Source: Magallana gigas (taxonomy: Eukaryota). Taken from it: a stretch of 64,000 bases of DNA. Positions 49,289-62,691 of the stretch are shown here, one piece after another. The stretch spans positions 5,766,001-5,830,000 of the forward strand of contig NC_088855.1 in NCBI RefSeq assembly GCF_963853765.1, written 5' to 3'. Within the stretch, counting starts at the first letter, position 1. The number at the start of each line of letters is the position of its first letter. The position numbers and the translations under genes are program-made. Below the pieces are notes generated by a model. That model ran no database searches and was not told the DNA's origin. It worked only from the letters and a program-made list of their open reading frames with translations.

Positions 49289-50326
49289 TGATCTCTTGCA
49301 GCGAGGGACTCGTTACTGATCTCGTGGAACGTGGTCAGGGAGGAATTCTGGGACTGCATCAAATTGAAAAATACTGTAGTGATGAATAAAAGAATTGGAT
49401 GGCCAAAATGTGACTTAAGCCATTGTGTAGGGGAAAAAAGTGCTGGTACTCAAAATATGACGGGATTTCTTTATGTGGAGAATTGATGTGCTGACAAGGA
49501 AACGTCATTGTTTCTGTTAGTGACAGCAGAACTCGGACATCTCTCTGTACTGCATACAATGTTTTTATTTATTTGTTTTTTTATGACATATATTAATCAG
49601 TTTTTGTGATTATGTAGCATTGTACTCAAAGATTTCTACATGACCATTCTTGGTCGCATTTCCTTTTATAGAATATTATACCGGTATGCTATTTTTTGAA
49701 AATGTCTCTAAGTTGTCCTTTTTATTTTATAGCTTTTCTATCTTCTTCAACAGAAGAGTCTGTATTCTCATCATGGCAAAATTTTGTGTATTAATTTCTA
49801 TTATGGAATAGATTGCAGTGGCAAGAATGCATTTTTACTGCTGATATGACCAATAGTGCTGATCTTAGTCATGGTTTGTAAAATGCTGTAACTTTACATA
49901 CAGTGCTGTACAGAAAAAATTCACTTAAATTTATGGGCATTTCTTTAAAAAAATATTTTACCTCACTGACAATCAGAAGTGAATATAAAGAAAGATTCCA
50001 TAATATAAAAATTCAACCTGCAAAATATGTTACTAAAATCTATTCAACTGAGTGAAATTTAACCATGTTTTTGAATTACTGAGAGTTTATTGTAGGGAAT
50101 ACAATATAATAATGATCTGTTTTTACTGCTGGGTTTATTTTATGAACGCTGATTACCGAGATGTACTGAGAATGAGGCTTTCTAGTAAAATCTCTGTCAA
50201 TCGCATTAATTTTTGCTTAACATTGGGTGTAATCATCAGTTAGTTTTTAATTCTCACTTGTTCATGCTCATGCCACCATATATATATATACCAACAAATG
50301 TATTTACTATTAAGAGTGAACAAAAA

Positions 50327-50374
50327 AATAAAAATCAAAGAAAATGTAGTTTTTGTCTATGTTTCTTTAATAAA
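50327..50374 (+). terminator. Probable GSE1 polyadenylation signals
   Basis: AATAAA at 50327-50332 and 50369-50374, about 1.05 kb after the stop codon. Confidence 0.4.
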
Positions 50375-50546
50375 TCAAGAACACATTTCTGATGCTTTTG
50401 ATGGAAAATTTACACAAGAATGGTAACTGGAATGCAGACCAAATGGAATGAAAATTATGTGCAACCTGTAATCTGGAAGTGGTCGACTCGACAAGATTTC
50501 ACATGACAAAATACATTATTAGTACAATTATTTTCCCGCTTTTTAA

Positions 50547-50855
50547 GGTGGTATGGGACATCTGTCCATACTAATGTGGATTAAAGTACCAGTACATTTA
50601 GCATACTTTCATAAAGTTAAGTTTTTTCAAATTTAACCATATTTAATTTTTAAAAATGTTTTAAAAATCTTTGGAAAGGTGAAAATTTTAAAATCTTCAT
50701 CGGGATTTGAACTCATAACTTACAGATTGTAGTGATTCTTCTAACCCACTGTGCTACGCTTTTAGATGACAAGTTTGGAAAAGAAACTATGAAATAAACT
50801 CAATTTCATTATTTCAATAAATAGAATGTCACAACATGGAGGTGTCTATTCCACC
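50547..50855. mobile_element. 309-bp Kolobok-like MITE with a tRNA-like internal segment
   Basis: TTAA at 50543-46 and 50856-59. Imperfect TIRs GGTGGTATGGGACATCT and GGTGGAATAGACACCT, with RR..YY termini typical of Kolobok. A/B-box-like segment on the minus strand at 50701-50760. Confidence 0.7.
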
Positions 50856-51409
50856 TTAAGCAACAATACCATGAGTACCCGTAGCTTTTTTTGATGTAGA
50901 TACAAAAAATATAGGTACCCGACTATAGAAATATTCTTTTTACAGCAAGAAAATTTCCTGTATTGTAACTATTATTATAGTCAAAAGGAATTTCTAATTT
51001 GGATATTTACAATCCGAAAGTCCTACAATACAATACACCAGACAGAGAAAATTGAAATCTATTATTACTTGTTGGGGAACACACACTGATATTGGTTAGA
51101 AGTTCAGTCTAGTTAAAGCCAGTCCTTCTTAATGTGAAATAAAGTGAAAAGGTAGCGTCTGGTTTTATTTGGACTGGTTATGTGAGCACTTTTTTCATAC
51201 AACTCGGAATATGGGCATTTCCTGCAAAAAATAAATCAGATACTGGCACCCAAGGGGGTAGCGATAAATGTTTGCCACAACAAATGTAGTTTTAATCCAT
51301 CAAATGATACACAAAGGGAAGCAATCCTTACAGTACCACTATATAATCAGAAGCTTTAACAAGACTTCATAAAGAAGAAACAACACATCTTATAAAAATA
51401 AATAATTTA

Positions 51410-54400
51410 TTATTCCTGAGTTGATTGAATTCTTCCATTATTATTAGATCGTAAAACATGCATTTGATCTAAGGCTTTCGTAAGGAAGGGCCGCACAGTA
51501 TTCAGTTCCATCAATGTCAAAAAGTTCAGCTGAAATGTAAAACAAGTATTTAATAAAACATCAAATATTGCATACCAGTAATAATGTACATGAGTACAGA
51601 AAGAAGACAAGAACAGGCTAAGGGTTGTCTATCATTCAACAAGGAATTACATGTGAGGCATACTCTTGATCAGGTAAGAAATGAATCTAAAATCAGTTTA
51701 CGTCCATGTTTTACATCAGTGATTAAAGACAATGGGATATTGATCACACCTTAGCGTGTGTGGCATCACTCTTCACAAAAGTATCAATACTGCTTCGTAG
51801 TTTGGCGATCCTTAAATCCCAGATATCCTTCACAAGAGTCCGAATTTCATCGGCATGAGGGATGTCATCTGTGGCACTGAAATGTATCCCAATAACTTGA
51901 ATTAGGCAGTTAACCAAGACTGAAGCAAAAATCACACAAAATAACTAAATAATGATAAAGATTTACACTAATATTTACAGCTCAAACTGTTTTCCTACAA
52001 CAGTCTTCAGAAAATGAAAATTCTAACTTGTATGTGAAAATAATACATGTCATTTTAGTAACATCAAGATGCCTTGCTTGAATAGAAATAAAGTACAGGT
52101 AATTTTTTAAAACAAAAATTGATATTAGATCATGAAAGTTTTTTTTTAGCATTGTCAGTAAAATAATGTGAAGATATAATTTTTTTGTTGAAAAGAGGTA
52201 TAGCGCCTTTTCCCATTATTTCGCCTACACCTGTGTTTGGAAAGAAAGTACCTGTTACTAAAAATAGCTTCAGGTACCTATATGTCGCAATATGATTTTC
52301 GAAACCTGGATACACTGTACTGATTTTATAGTGGTGTCTGTAACAACTGATTTGTCATTAATTCGGGAAACTCTGTGTATAACAGTAGTTGATATTCTGA
52401 ACCGTGATAAGTTCAAGCAAAATGCAATGGATCCAAGTATAAATAGAGTACATGTAAAGTGTTAATGAAGAGATCTATATATTGGGTATGCTCATACTCA
52501 GTCTGAATTAAACAAGATAATTTAAAAAAACCCAGAAGAATAGATACATGTAACTTAACCTCTCTACTCAATTTCAATTTAAGTGAAAAAAAATTACTAC
52601 TTAGCGGATTCGATCCAGCAACAACAAAATCAAAAATACCTCCGCGTTACCAATAGGCCACGCATCTAACTTTTTCAGCAGATGCATTTTCAATATATAT
52701 ATGGCTATAGACATGATTGTAATAAAAAAGACACTACATGTAATTGAAATATTTGTCTAATTTTCAGTACAAAGACCACGTTAAACCAAAACTAATTCAA
52801 TGTAAACGTGTACTACAATACCTGTAGAATATAATTTTGATTGGATGTCTTTGGTTTAGAGTGGTTCAAATAGTCAAATATCCAATTATTTATCATATAC
52901 TAACTACTTCCCTATATATCCCTAACAAAACCTGAATATTTTAATGATGGCGTGTAAGATAATTAAGACTCTTAGAGCATGGTGATTGTGTAATTTGCGT
53001 TTCTTTGGTTATATTTAAACTTAATATTGTATAATATTGAAAATGTCTGATGTTTGCAAAAGGCTATATTTGAGGCCAAATCGTACATTAAGTGTGCCTT
53101 CAATTTCTGATAGTAACGTGTATTTATTTGTGAGTATCTGAAGTACAAGCCACTATAATGGTACATGTGGAAAAGAAACCTAGCACAAACTTACATGTAT
53201 GAGAAGTACACATCTACTGAAATGCTGAGTGCATAAAGCTCAAAAGTTCATTTACTATCATTAAATGAGAATTCAAAATAATATTTTAAATACGGAAATA
53301 CCGGTAATAATTAATAACAATATAATATTCCTAATTTAATAAGCAAGAACAGGCACTTGAGGTCAGTTTTGTAAAATTAAAGCTTGATATTTCTCAGAAG
53401 AAAGTCTTTTTACATACTGGGTAATCAGTAAAAAACAAATTTAAAATTTATAGTCATTACTTTCCTCAAAATAATGCATTCTATAGAAGAAATATTGGCA
53501 TTCACCAATAGAATATCAATTATATCATATAAGTAAATTTTCTGTGATTTATTTATTATTCGTAATACGGTAATGAAAAGGGGGCTTTTCATTTTGACAG
53601 ATAATAATATACCAGTAGGGACACGGGCAGGTGCATTAAAAAAAGAATATGCTATCTGCTTCCAACCTTTTCAGTAACAGCTGGGTAACTTCAATGTAAT
53701 GGTCACATGGCATTTTTGTGAAAAATTTAGAATCTGTTTCTTCTTGTTTCTTGTCCTGGAGGCGGTCTAAAAGGAAAAACAAGACATTAGGCAGACACAT
53801 AAAATGAAAGAAACTTGACAAAGAATAAAAGTATAGGCCTTAAAATTACAATGCAATCATAACCTGAAAACATATATTCAAATTAAACATACTTGTATGT
53901 TATTATAATTACTCACAAATGATATAAATATTCTATTGTAATGTAATTGCCTTTATGTGGTAAGTGATTTTGTCTATTAGTGTAATGTGTGCCTTCAATT
54001 TCTGATAGTAACCTGTATTTATTTATCATTTTTTATCTATAACTAATTGTAACAATTATATGATGTTTCATTTTTTGTGAGTTTCCATTATGTGGTGTGG
54101 ACTGGTCTGTGGTGTCACTTAATTTGGTGTACCAGTGTCATATAATATTTTGAACCCCACGATATATTGAACTCGGGTTCAAAATATTGCTGCGATATAT
54201 TGAACCCCCCATTAAATATTGAACCCCGGGTTCAAAATATTATGGCTGCGATATTTTGAAACCCCCTCTAATTTTCATTGCTATTGGAGAGGGGGTTCAA
54301 AATATTATGGGGTTTCTTGCTTATTGTGAACAAGCTGTATACAGGTTATGTTTGCCCATTTTTTTTCTTGCCCTTCTACACTTGCAAACGGTTTCTCCTA

Positions 54401-55357
54401 GTCTTGAATGCGCTCAGACACAGTTGTGTTAAAAGAGAGAAAAAGAGATAATTTGAGACATTGGAATTCACCAAGTATTAAATTCCCTTACTGACAATTC
54501 GAGAGCGAGTGGGGCAAAAATAAAACAGGGGGCAAATACTTCCCTCTACACAGAATTTTTCAAATTAACCCCTTCCCTTGTTATTGGCTTGTACTTTTTG
54601 GTGTGTATCTATACCCTTTTATTGTAAAGAGTGTGCAGTGTTTGTGCCTCTTTCTCTGCTAGGTATATGACCCCACCCCAAGTTCCTGACTATGCCTATG
54701 ACACTATAATACTGACCAATATCCATCCACTCAGGAGGGACTATTCTACACTTTTGTCCTTGCTTTAGGTTCACAGCCATCCATAATGGAACCTGCACAG
54801 GTAAACCAGGTGTTAAAGGTCCAATGTCTCCCTGCAAACAGATAGACCTGGTGTTAATAAAGATATGTCTCCCTACATTTTTTTTTTGTGCACTTTAATT
54901 TGCATTGCTTTTATTATGGGAGGCACTGTAGCTCACGGGTCTTTTTCAGACCAGGAGTTACAGACCTGAAGCTAAGCTTTATCAAGCTATTCTGAATGGC
55001 TTAATAAATCTACATGCAGATATAACTTATTCAAGCTACACAGCTATAAATCAAGAGATTGTAATGAACCTTATTAACACACTGACATCTCCCTACAAAC
55101 AACAGACATTCTTGGCTATCAATCCATTCAACAATGTTCAATTTTTTAAGATATCAGTAGCAGGATTATAGCCTGAGGTTACGATTTGATTCTGGTATTT
55201 TGATTTTGATATGTATTGTAAATTTTTTTTTAAACTTTAAATTGAAAATACAAAACCCATCACTTACCCCTATCAGATAAATTTTATCTAATGCAAAATT
55301 TGGAACGACTGTGACAAATTCCTTCTCTGCCAAAAACTCTACTTCTGATGGATCCAT
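51410..55357 (-). CDS. GINS2: DNA replication complex GINS subunit PSF2, 183 aa, complete
   Basis: Exons 55357-55268 ([13 protein letters not shown]), 54831-54717 ([13 protein letters not shown]...PPEWM), 53766-53667, 51876-51750 ([24 protein letters not shown]) and 51529-51410 ([15 protein letters not shown]); 552 nt, phase-consistent. Confidence 0.96.
54135..54312. repeat. Cluster of short direct and inverted repeats (ATATT(T)TGAACCCC / GGGTTCAAAATAT) in GINS2 intron 2
   Basis: About 8 copies of the motif in both orientations, including local palindromes such as TATTGAACCCCGGGTTCAAAATA. Probably a transposon subterminal remnant. Confidence 0.75.
54335..54553. mobile_element. About 220-bp MITE-like element
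   Basis: Imperfect TIRs: CTGTATACAGGTTATGTTTGCCC and the reverse complement of the right end, CTGTGTAGAGGGAAGTATTTGCCC. Confidence 0.45.
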
Positions 55358-55519
55358 GTATATTATTGTTTATTTTTAGCAGGAAGTTAAATTTCGCGGG
55401 AAATAAAATGTCAAGGTCAAAGATTCTTGGTTATCTGCGCGTTTATGATAAACAAACATTTGCCTAAAACTTCGACCATTCGATGTCGACCATTCGATGT
55501 CGGCCTGCAGAAACTAATC
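55358..55519. promoter_or_regulatory. Bidirectional promoter shared by GINS2 and TMEM143
   Basis: The divergent ATGs are 162 bp apart. Overlapping E2F-type sites TTTCGCGGGAAA (55392-55403), a nuclear-receptor extended half-site TCAAGGTCA (55411-55419), and a 14-bp tandem duplication TCGACCATTCGATG at about 55472-55499. Confidence 0.75.
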
Positions 55520-58500
55520 ATGGCAGCCCACTTTCTAAAATTGAAACATTTACGCTGTTTAAGACATGGCAAACACCACTCTGCTATCAATCAGGTATTT
55601 ATTTCATTCAATAATTATACCAATTCATTTTATTAGTTAGAGGTAATAAGAGCAATGATTTTTGACGTTCTTAGTATTGAAAATGAATGTCTTGTCTTGC
55701 CCTTCAAGATATGTTTTCACTTTTTAACATGTTGACTGTCATTTTTAAATAGAAATTCGGAATTAAGTTTCACACGGATTAATCTATGTATGATTGGCAT
55801 TGGATGGTAGGGAAATTGATCAAGTACTTTAGTACTTTTATTTTCGGTTTACTCTTTACCAAGTTTGTATAGAAATTTCTATTAAAATAATGCATTTATC
55901 TTTCTGAAAAGAGGGAAAATAAATAAAGATTGCAACTTGTAATTTATCTAAAATTCACACTGTATAATTGTTGTTCAAAATGAAAGGTTAAGTATGCACA
56001 TTATGCCCAATTTTGTAATAAATGATATCAATATTATATTATGTAGCTCAGCAAATCAATATCTTTTTCTTGAACAGCAAATGTTCAGTGCAATGTTAAA
56101 AAGTGAACACAGTTATCTCAATTAATATGTGAATTGTTTATAACAAATAGAACCTTCAATATTCTTAGACAGTGTTTGTTTCAATGGTATTTTGCTGAAT
56201 GTAAATTAATTTTTAAATTACCGTTATTCCATTCTAGATGGTTACAGAAAATGTGCCTTTTGTCAGTGTGATAACAAAATCACAATATGTATCAATGAGC
56301 ACAAGTAGTAAGACCAAAGAAATTGAGAAATCAAAGGCAGCTGACAGCAAGGTGGAGACAAAAGGAGCTGTGACAAAAGTGGAACAGGAACCCAGTGAGA
56401 TAGATTTGTACAGGTGAAGTATCTCAGTTATCTGTCATGAGAGATTTGTATAGGTATCTTGGTTATCTATCACAAGATGCACAGGCAAGGTTTCTCAGTT
56501 GTCTATCATGAGATAGATTTGTACAGGTGAGGTATCTCAGTTATCTGTCATGAGAGATTTGTATGAGGTTTCTCAGTTATCTGTCATGAGATAGATTTGT
56601 ACATTGAGCATCAGGTATTGATTTTGTTGTTGTATAAAAAAAAAAAAGCATTAATAGGGATATAATGATTTTAAAAAGGTAATGAGTTAGCAAGAGTATA
56701 ACCATAATATACTCATTTCACCTTTTCTTATTTCAACTTGAATTTGAAGAATGAGAATCAATATCAAGATATATATTAACCTTTTTACAAGTGAAAGAAG
56801 GAAAGTATTGAAAAAGAGTTGCACTTGTAAAATATTACAATGATTATTATAAAATGGCATATTAAAGAACAATTTTCAATAATTTTCTTCCAAGCATGAA
56901 ATAAAGTGAATGTAGTTGTCACTTATGTCAGTGAATTATGGATTTTATATACTGTATCAAACAGTCTGGTATTACTGGTATGTCTTTGTTAAATGTTATG
57001 TTCTCTGTGATCAGATAACAGTATGATTCATCTGTTATGCGCTTTTGACAGGGAGAAGTACATTCCTATCACCAGACGGACCCTGATCCGGAGGATCATG
57101 GAGGAGAGGGACCTCCTGACCCCTCTTGAGCAGCGCAAGTTTGACGAGTTTGCTGTGGCCCTGGACTCGGCCATCGTTCAGGAATACCATGGTGTCCTCA
57201 ATGATCTCAAGGTAGGAGAGTCAGTCAGGGACATAAAGAGGACAAATCTGGATAGAATCCCTGATGTATCCTAGCTATCCTAGCTCTTATACATGGTGAA
57301 GGGGCAAAGATCATTGAATGTAGTTGATCAGCAGCTGAATGTTTAGTTTTCAAATTTTCAAAGTCTGTCAGATAAATCAAAACTTCAAATACTTAAAGGC
57401 AATTATTCTACGTCACATGTGTGCAAAATCCCATTACTCAGCTTTTAATTTTGGCAGTTAAAGGAATGATGTAATAATACTTCTTTCCAGACCCTATTTG
57501 ACCCAGTTAATCCAGATAAAGACACCTTGCCATCTCAAAGGTTTTCCAGAACTGAAAGGCTGGACAATGAATTTTGGCTCCTACAGAAGCTTGAAGATGT
57601 TATGGAGAAGGCCAATTTTTACAAGCTCTCAGATGACACAGTGCATAAAGCTCTACGAGAGCACACAACTCAAGGCATCAGGGTAAAAAAAAATTCAAGT
57701 TTTGTAAAACATTAATTGAATGATTTCTTTTACAGTTAAGTTGCTTTAACCAAGATTAGCAATGACTTAAAAACAAATATCAATCATGTATTTTTTGTTC
57801 ACAAATACCGGTAATGAACTGTATAGAAAATCAAATATACATGTACCAGTATATGCAATGTGTATAAATAAATGGAAATACATATAATTTAAGTATACGC
57901 CGAGATAACGATAAGTTCTGTTGAATAATATACATCTGTTTGCTTAGAAACAATTTTAGGTTTACAATTAAGACAACTGATACTAGATCATGTATTGCTG
58001 TTACAGGTGAAAGTAGACAAAAACGACTACAATATCTTAAGCATGTGGATCCTGGGGAAGGAAGAAGTAGATGTTAGTCTGCCCTGGTACCAAACTTTGT
58101 TCTCCAAGAAAAAAAGTCAACCAAAGTCAGTACCCAAACCAGACTACCTCAAAAGAGTGGTGGTCATCTGTCGACTCAAGGGGGACCCCAAAATCATGCT
58201 CAAGTGTTTCAAGGAGATCCCTGCCAAGTCTTTAGAGATGCTCCTCCCTTCGGGGCGGACAGGCATGACTGTGAGGGACAAGCTTTTATTGGCCGGGTCC
58301 ACTGCTGCTGGGGTCTTCACCATTGTGGGAGAAGTCACGTTATTCCTAGCCTATAGTAAATTATATTTCATGAATCTTGTGCTCCCTACTGTGTTAACTT
58401 CACTACTCACAGGAACTGCAGTGCTATTTAACTACACCAGCAAAAGCAAGAAGTACTTAGAGGACCTGCATAGGATTTCGTATTTTAAGACTGTCGCTAA

Positions 58501-59206
58501 CAATCGTGGCTTTTTGGCTCTGATGGTGGACAGAGCGCAGGATGAAACATTCAAGGAGGCCCTGATAGTGTACATGTGTATTCTGTCCCACAGACCCCCT
58601 GGGGCCAGACAGGAGGACACAGGCTACTACCAGATGGTCATCGCTGAACTAGGTAAGCAAGAGTTGTACTTCTTACCATATAACCATGCATGTACCCCAA
58701 CTGTAAATGTTAACTACCACATGTAAATGAAATGCTGTCAATAACTATCAACAGCCAATTAATCTTAAAAAAGTTTATCAAAACACTTACTGTCTTTCAA
58801 GAGTGACTCAAAGATTTTATAACGTATCAGATTATTTACCGACATTGTAGTAACATGTTCATGCCTGTATTTTCCAGGTGGAGCAACTGAAGATGTGATA
58901 AACAAATGGGCAGAAGACTGGGTTTCCAAGGTTACAGGGGTTCGAGTAGAGTTTGATTCATCTGAAGCTGTGCAGCTCCTGAGAAATCTGGGAATTCTTA
59001 GAGAACACAAAGATAAACTCTCTGTTTTACCACTAGATGCAGCCATTAAAAATCTTCCACGGCAGCCATTTTCTGTCATTGTACGAGCCAATGAGGTGGC
59101 TCTAAATGAAGGATTGGACAGGGATGAATTTTTGGAATCACAAAAACAGTACAAACAAGAGGATTTAAGGTCCAAAAAGTATGGCTGGTTTTCTCGTTTC
59201 TTATAA
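55520..59206 (+). CDS. TMEM143: Transmembrane protein 143-like (DUF3754 family), about 525 aa
   Basis: Exons 55520-55594 (basic, transit-peptide-like MAAHFLKLKHLRCLRHGK), 56238-56413, 57052-57211 (REKYIPITR), 57491-57682 (FDPVNPDKDT), 58007-58652 (LKCFKEIP...LEMLLP; FKTVANNRG; AQDETFKEAL) and 58878-59206; 1578 nt, phase-consistent. The first two exons are less certain. Confidence 0.85.
56394..56603 (+). repeat. Degenerate tandem repeat (about 35-43 bp units) beginning at the TMEM143 exon 2 donor
   Basis: ATGAGATAGATTTGTACAGGTGAGGTATCTCAGTTATCTGTC-like units, about 5 copies. GAGATAGATTTGTACAGGTGA is exact at 56397 and 56510. Confidence 0.85.
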
Positions 59207-60739
59207 TACCCTTAGTCAGTGGAAGAAATAACTACACTGCGTCTGTATGATACAGTGTACCTTAAATTCCCAATTAATCTTAGTCAAGTATGTGTAAAAA
59301 AAACAAGGTTATTACTAAATATTTAAGAGATATGTATTGTTTTACATAAGAAAACTTAAATTATTGATGCAATTAAAAAGCAAAAAACAAAGACATAATA
59401 ATGATCCTTTTTGTATGTGCTGACTTGTGAAACATTTGACTAGGGTGATAAAATCAGACATTTAAGTTGACATATCAGTACCAACCATGAGAGAATAAAA
59501 GGAGTTGATAAGAAATACAGTATTATTACATCTACCTGCATTGTGACATTGGCAGATATACCTGAATGATGCTGAATATTATAAACTGGTGATGCAGAAA
59601 ATATGGTAGATTGAAGCATTCATTTTCGAACAAATTTTCATGCAGATCTAAGTCCTAACCATTACAACTGTGATAAAAAAAAACTTTTACAACGGAATTA
59701 GTGTATCTGTAGATACAAGTAATAATTTCTTTAATCCAATTATTGGATGAAGTGATATGCATGCATGTAAGTGTAAATACAAAAGATTCTTATAAATTTC
59801 ATTATCCTGGTATACAACTCCGCTATCATATGAATATTTTCTGTAATTTCTGGTGTGTAAAGGCATGTACATTCAAGATTCAATAACAACTGTTATAAGA
59901 TTTTTCACTCTGAAAACAGATCATATCTCATTATGTGTAATAAAAGCAGTACTTTGTCTTGGCTATCCTCAGCTGAGATATGAGAACACTAGACCAAGTC
60001 TACATCTAAACACAACTCTTTATTTATGAGACCTTCTTAAGATTGTGATAATTATCACAACATATCCTCAAACTGCTTAACCATTATAAACTGACAAGGG
60101 CATGTAGGATTCATGTATTTACAAAGTGTAAAACTGATGAAAAAACTTGAAGTTGGAATTCTACTCCAACATACCAATATGTTGTACATGTGTACCACAA
60201 ATGCATGTTAGTGTGTGATTATGATAAGAAATAAAGTGGCTGTAGAAGTTTACATGAGCTGAATTTTATGATTGGTGCATTTTGTTATGATTTAATTATT
60301 ATAAATAAAAGCTTGTTGGGATCTGCTATTGATTGTAATGAATTGTAATATTTGTCATTTTGTTTATCTTAATAATGTTATACTGTGATTAAATGAAGTA
60401 CTTTCAAAGTTTTGTATATTTATTTTGATGATACATGTGGGTGTGACAATTCTAAAAGGAATCACAGGCTTTGCTTTATTTTCAAGCATAATTTTTAACC
60501 TGAATTCTGACAACTTATTGTGACCTCATAAGAAGTTTAAATAACTACCAGTAAGATAAATTTTATATCAATCAATTTTATCACACAATCAAATTTTAAA
60601 TTATTCTCTCAACATTAGAATTTTTCAGACTTTTAAATTTACTAGGAGTGGTATCTTGCATTTTACATTCACATCAGAAATGATTGCCATATGAAGTAGT
60701 TTTATAAATCAAAGTACAATACATGTATATCCAAATTGT

Positions 60740-61930
60740 AGATAACCCAAGTCACTCAGGTAATCTATTGCTCTCCATTTTCATGTGACCACTGTTGTAC
60801 ATGTAAGTTGTGAGCCCTCTTTTATACCATTGTCTATACATAGTAAGCAAACTTATACTTAGTGGTCAGGACGAGCAAGGAGACTTGTATAAAAGTTCTG
60901 ACATTCATGGCCCAAGTGTCAGTAGTTGATTGTTAGGTGTGGCTCTACTGGTCATTTAGGGAACAGCTCTTCATAAAGCTTCTTCTCTACTACCAGGCAT
61001 CTAGCAGTGAAACTGAGTACCAATAATTGGTTATGCTGAGCAAAGGTTTCTTATAGATTGGTGAATTTCATGACCCCCAGATCAGGGGTGGTGATATTGT
61101 TTTGGGGGGATCTTGACTGTCTTATTATGCATCAATTAGTCCTCTTTTGGACACCAAGCAAGCTATCTGAGTAGATGGTACAATAATGGAAGCTTATACA
61201 TGTAACAAAATTCTGAAATTCATGTCTTGGGGTCATAGTTGGAGGAGAGGGGTCTATTGGTCATTTAGTGAATATGAATTTAAACTTAAAATTAAAGGTA
61301 TCTAAAAGGCAAACTAAGTTTATGCTAAGGATACAGTGAGAAAAGAGGCCTGTAGTTATTAAGCAGGTTTACTTTTAATTATTGGTGGCATAGAAGATAA
61401 GTACATGTATATAGTAATACTTTAATCAAAGTTGTTTCCCTTGGATAATTTGTTTACCTTCCACTCTGCAACATTTTTTTCTTCTTTAAAGGAATGAATT
61501 CAATATTTATTTGTTTTAAACGATTAAAAATATTTTGGGACAGTTTACGCTTTATAAACAATGAATTTAATTTAATTTTTCGTAAATAGTTGTAGATAAA
61601 AACAGTCATTTGACCTTTTAATTGACATCAAATTGTACAAAACTCAAAACTTAACGTCAGATGGATTGATACGTTTTTGACGTTATTTTAACTGCGACAT
61701 ATGCAACATTCTTTATATGATACAAAAATTTTTTTTTAAGCCAATCAGAAATCATGTTAGAACCAGAATTAAATTATTTAATCTTGTTTTTGAGCATGAT
61801 ATTATCCTCTTTCAGTTTAATTCACACATCATATCATGTAATTATTAAACTACCATTATGTTAACCATTAACAGAGTAAATTTTTTATCATACTCAGGTG
61901 ACTGTTTATGCCCTTAGGCCTCTTGCCTTC
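60740..61930. mobile_element. Decayed Helentron/HINE-like element between TMEM143 and EIF2S2
   Basis: AGTCACTCAGGT..CTATTGCT near 60750, repeated AAATTCATG.C/GGTCATTTAG motifs at about 60950-61270, and TCAGGTGACTG...GGCCTCTTG at about 61893-61925 resemble bivalve HINE ends and cores, from memory. Boundaries are uncertain. Confidence 0.35.
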
Positions 61931-62691
61931 TGAGATACACGTTTTTGTCCAAATATTAATAACTTGTGTGACACATGCAAGCTGACTGAATTAAGGCAAA
62001 ACATATTGTGGACACAACTGTATTACATGTATAACAATAAAAGTATTTTAAGAAGTGCTGAAGATTCAAAAGTACTTGGTAAATGTACCGGTATATGTAT
62101 ACTCTGAATTAAAATAACAAATAAGTGTTTCTAATACAGGTAATTCTAGACTCACATCAGTATTGCGTCCTTATGCTAATGAGCATCTGTTCTGCTCAGT
62201 TATTAAATCAGTTAATGAACAATGAATGTAAATGACCATGCTGAATATTTTTAAAGAAAAATTCGGACAGATGAATTCTCAATATAATTTATTGTCATTG
62301 AAATCATGGACAATAAATATGTTTTGATAATTTACAGAAAGAATGACACGTTTCACCCAGTCTTTCTGGGATGTCAAACAAATACACAACTTCTGGAGAC
62401 GACAATTTACAATCTGAATCAGTAGTTTTTGCATTTGTTGCAGTGGATGCCAGTTGAACTCTTATTTTTGTAATGGTATAAACAATTAGCTAAAATAACT
62501 CCAGACATAATCATAAAGCAGTTATATATGCACTTTATATACAAATCATACACAAAGTTCAGTTCACATGAACTTATTTACTTGTTCTTGATGTACCCTT
62601 CATGTTTGCTTTCAAACAAACAGCAATCATGGCATTAACCACTGGTAAAATGAAAGACCTGAAAGTTCTGTCTGACAGAAGGTGATTACAA

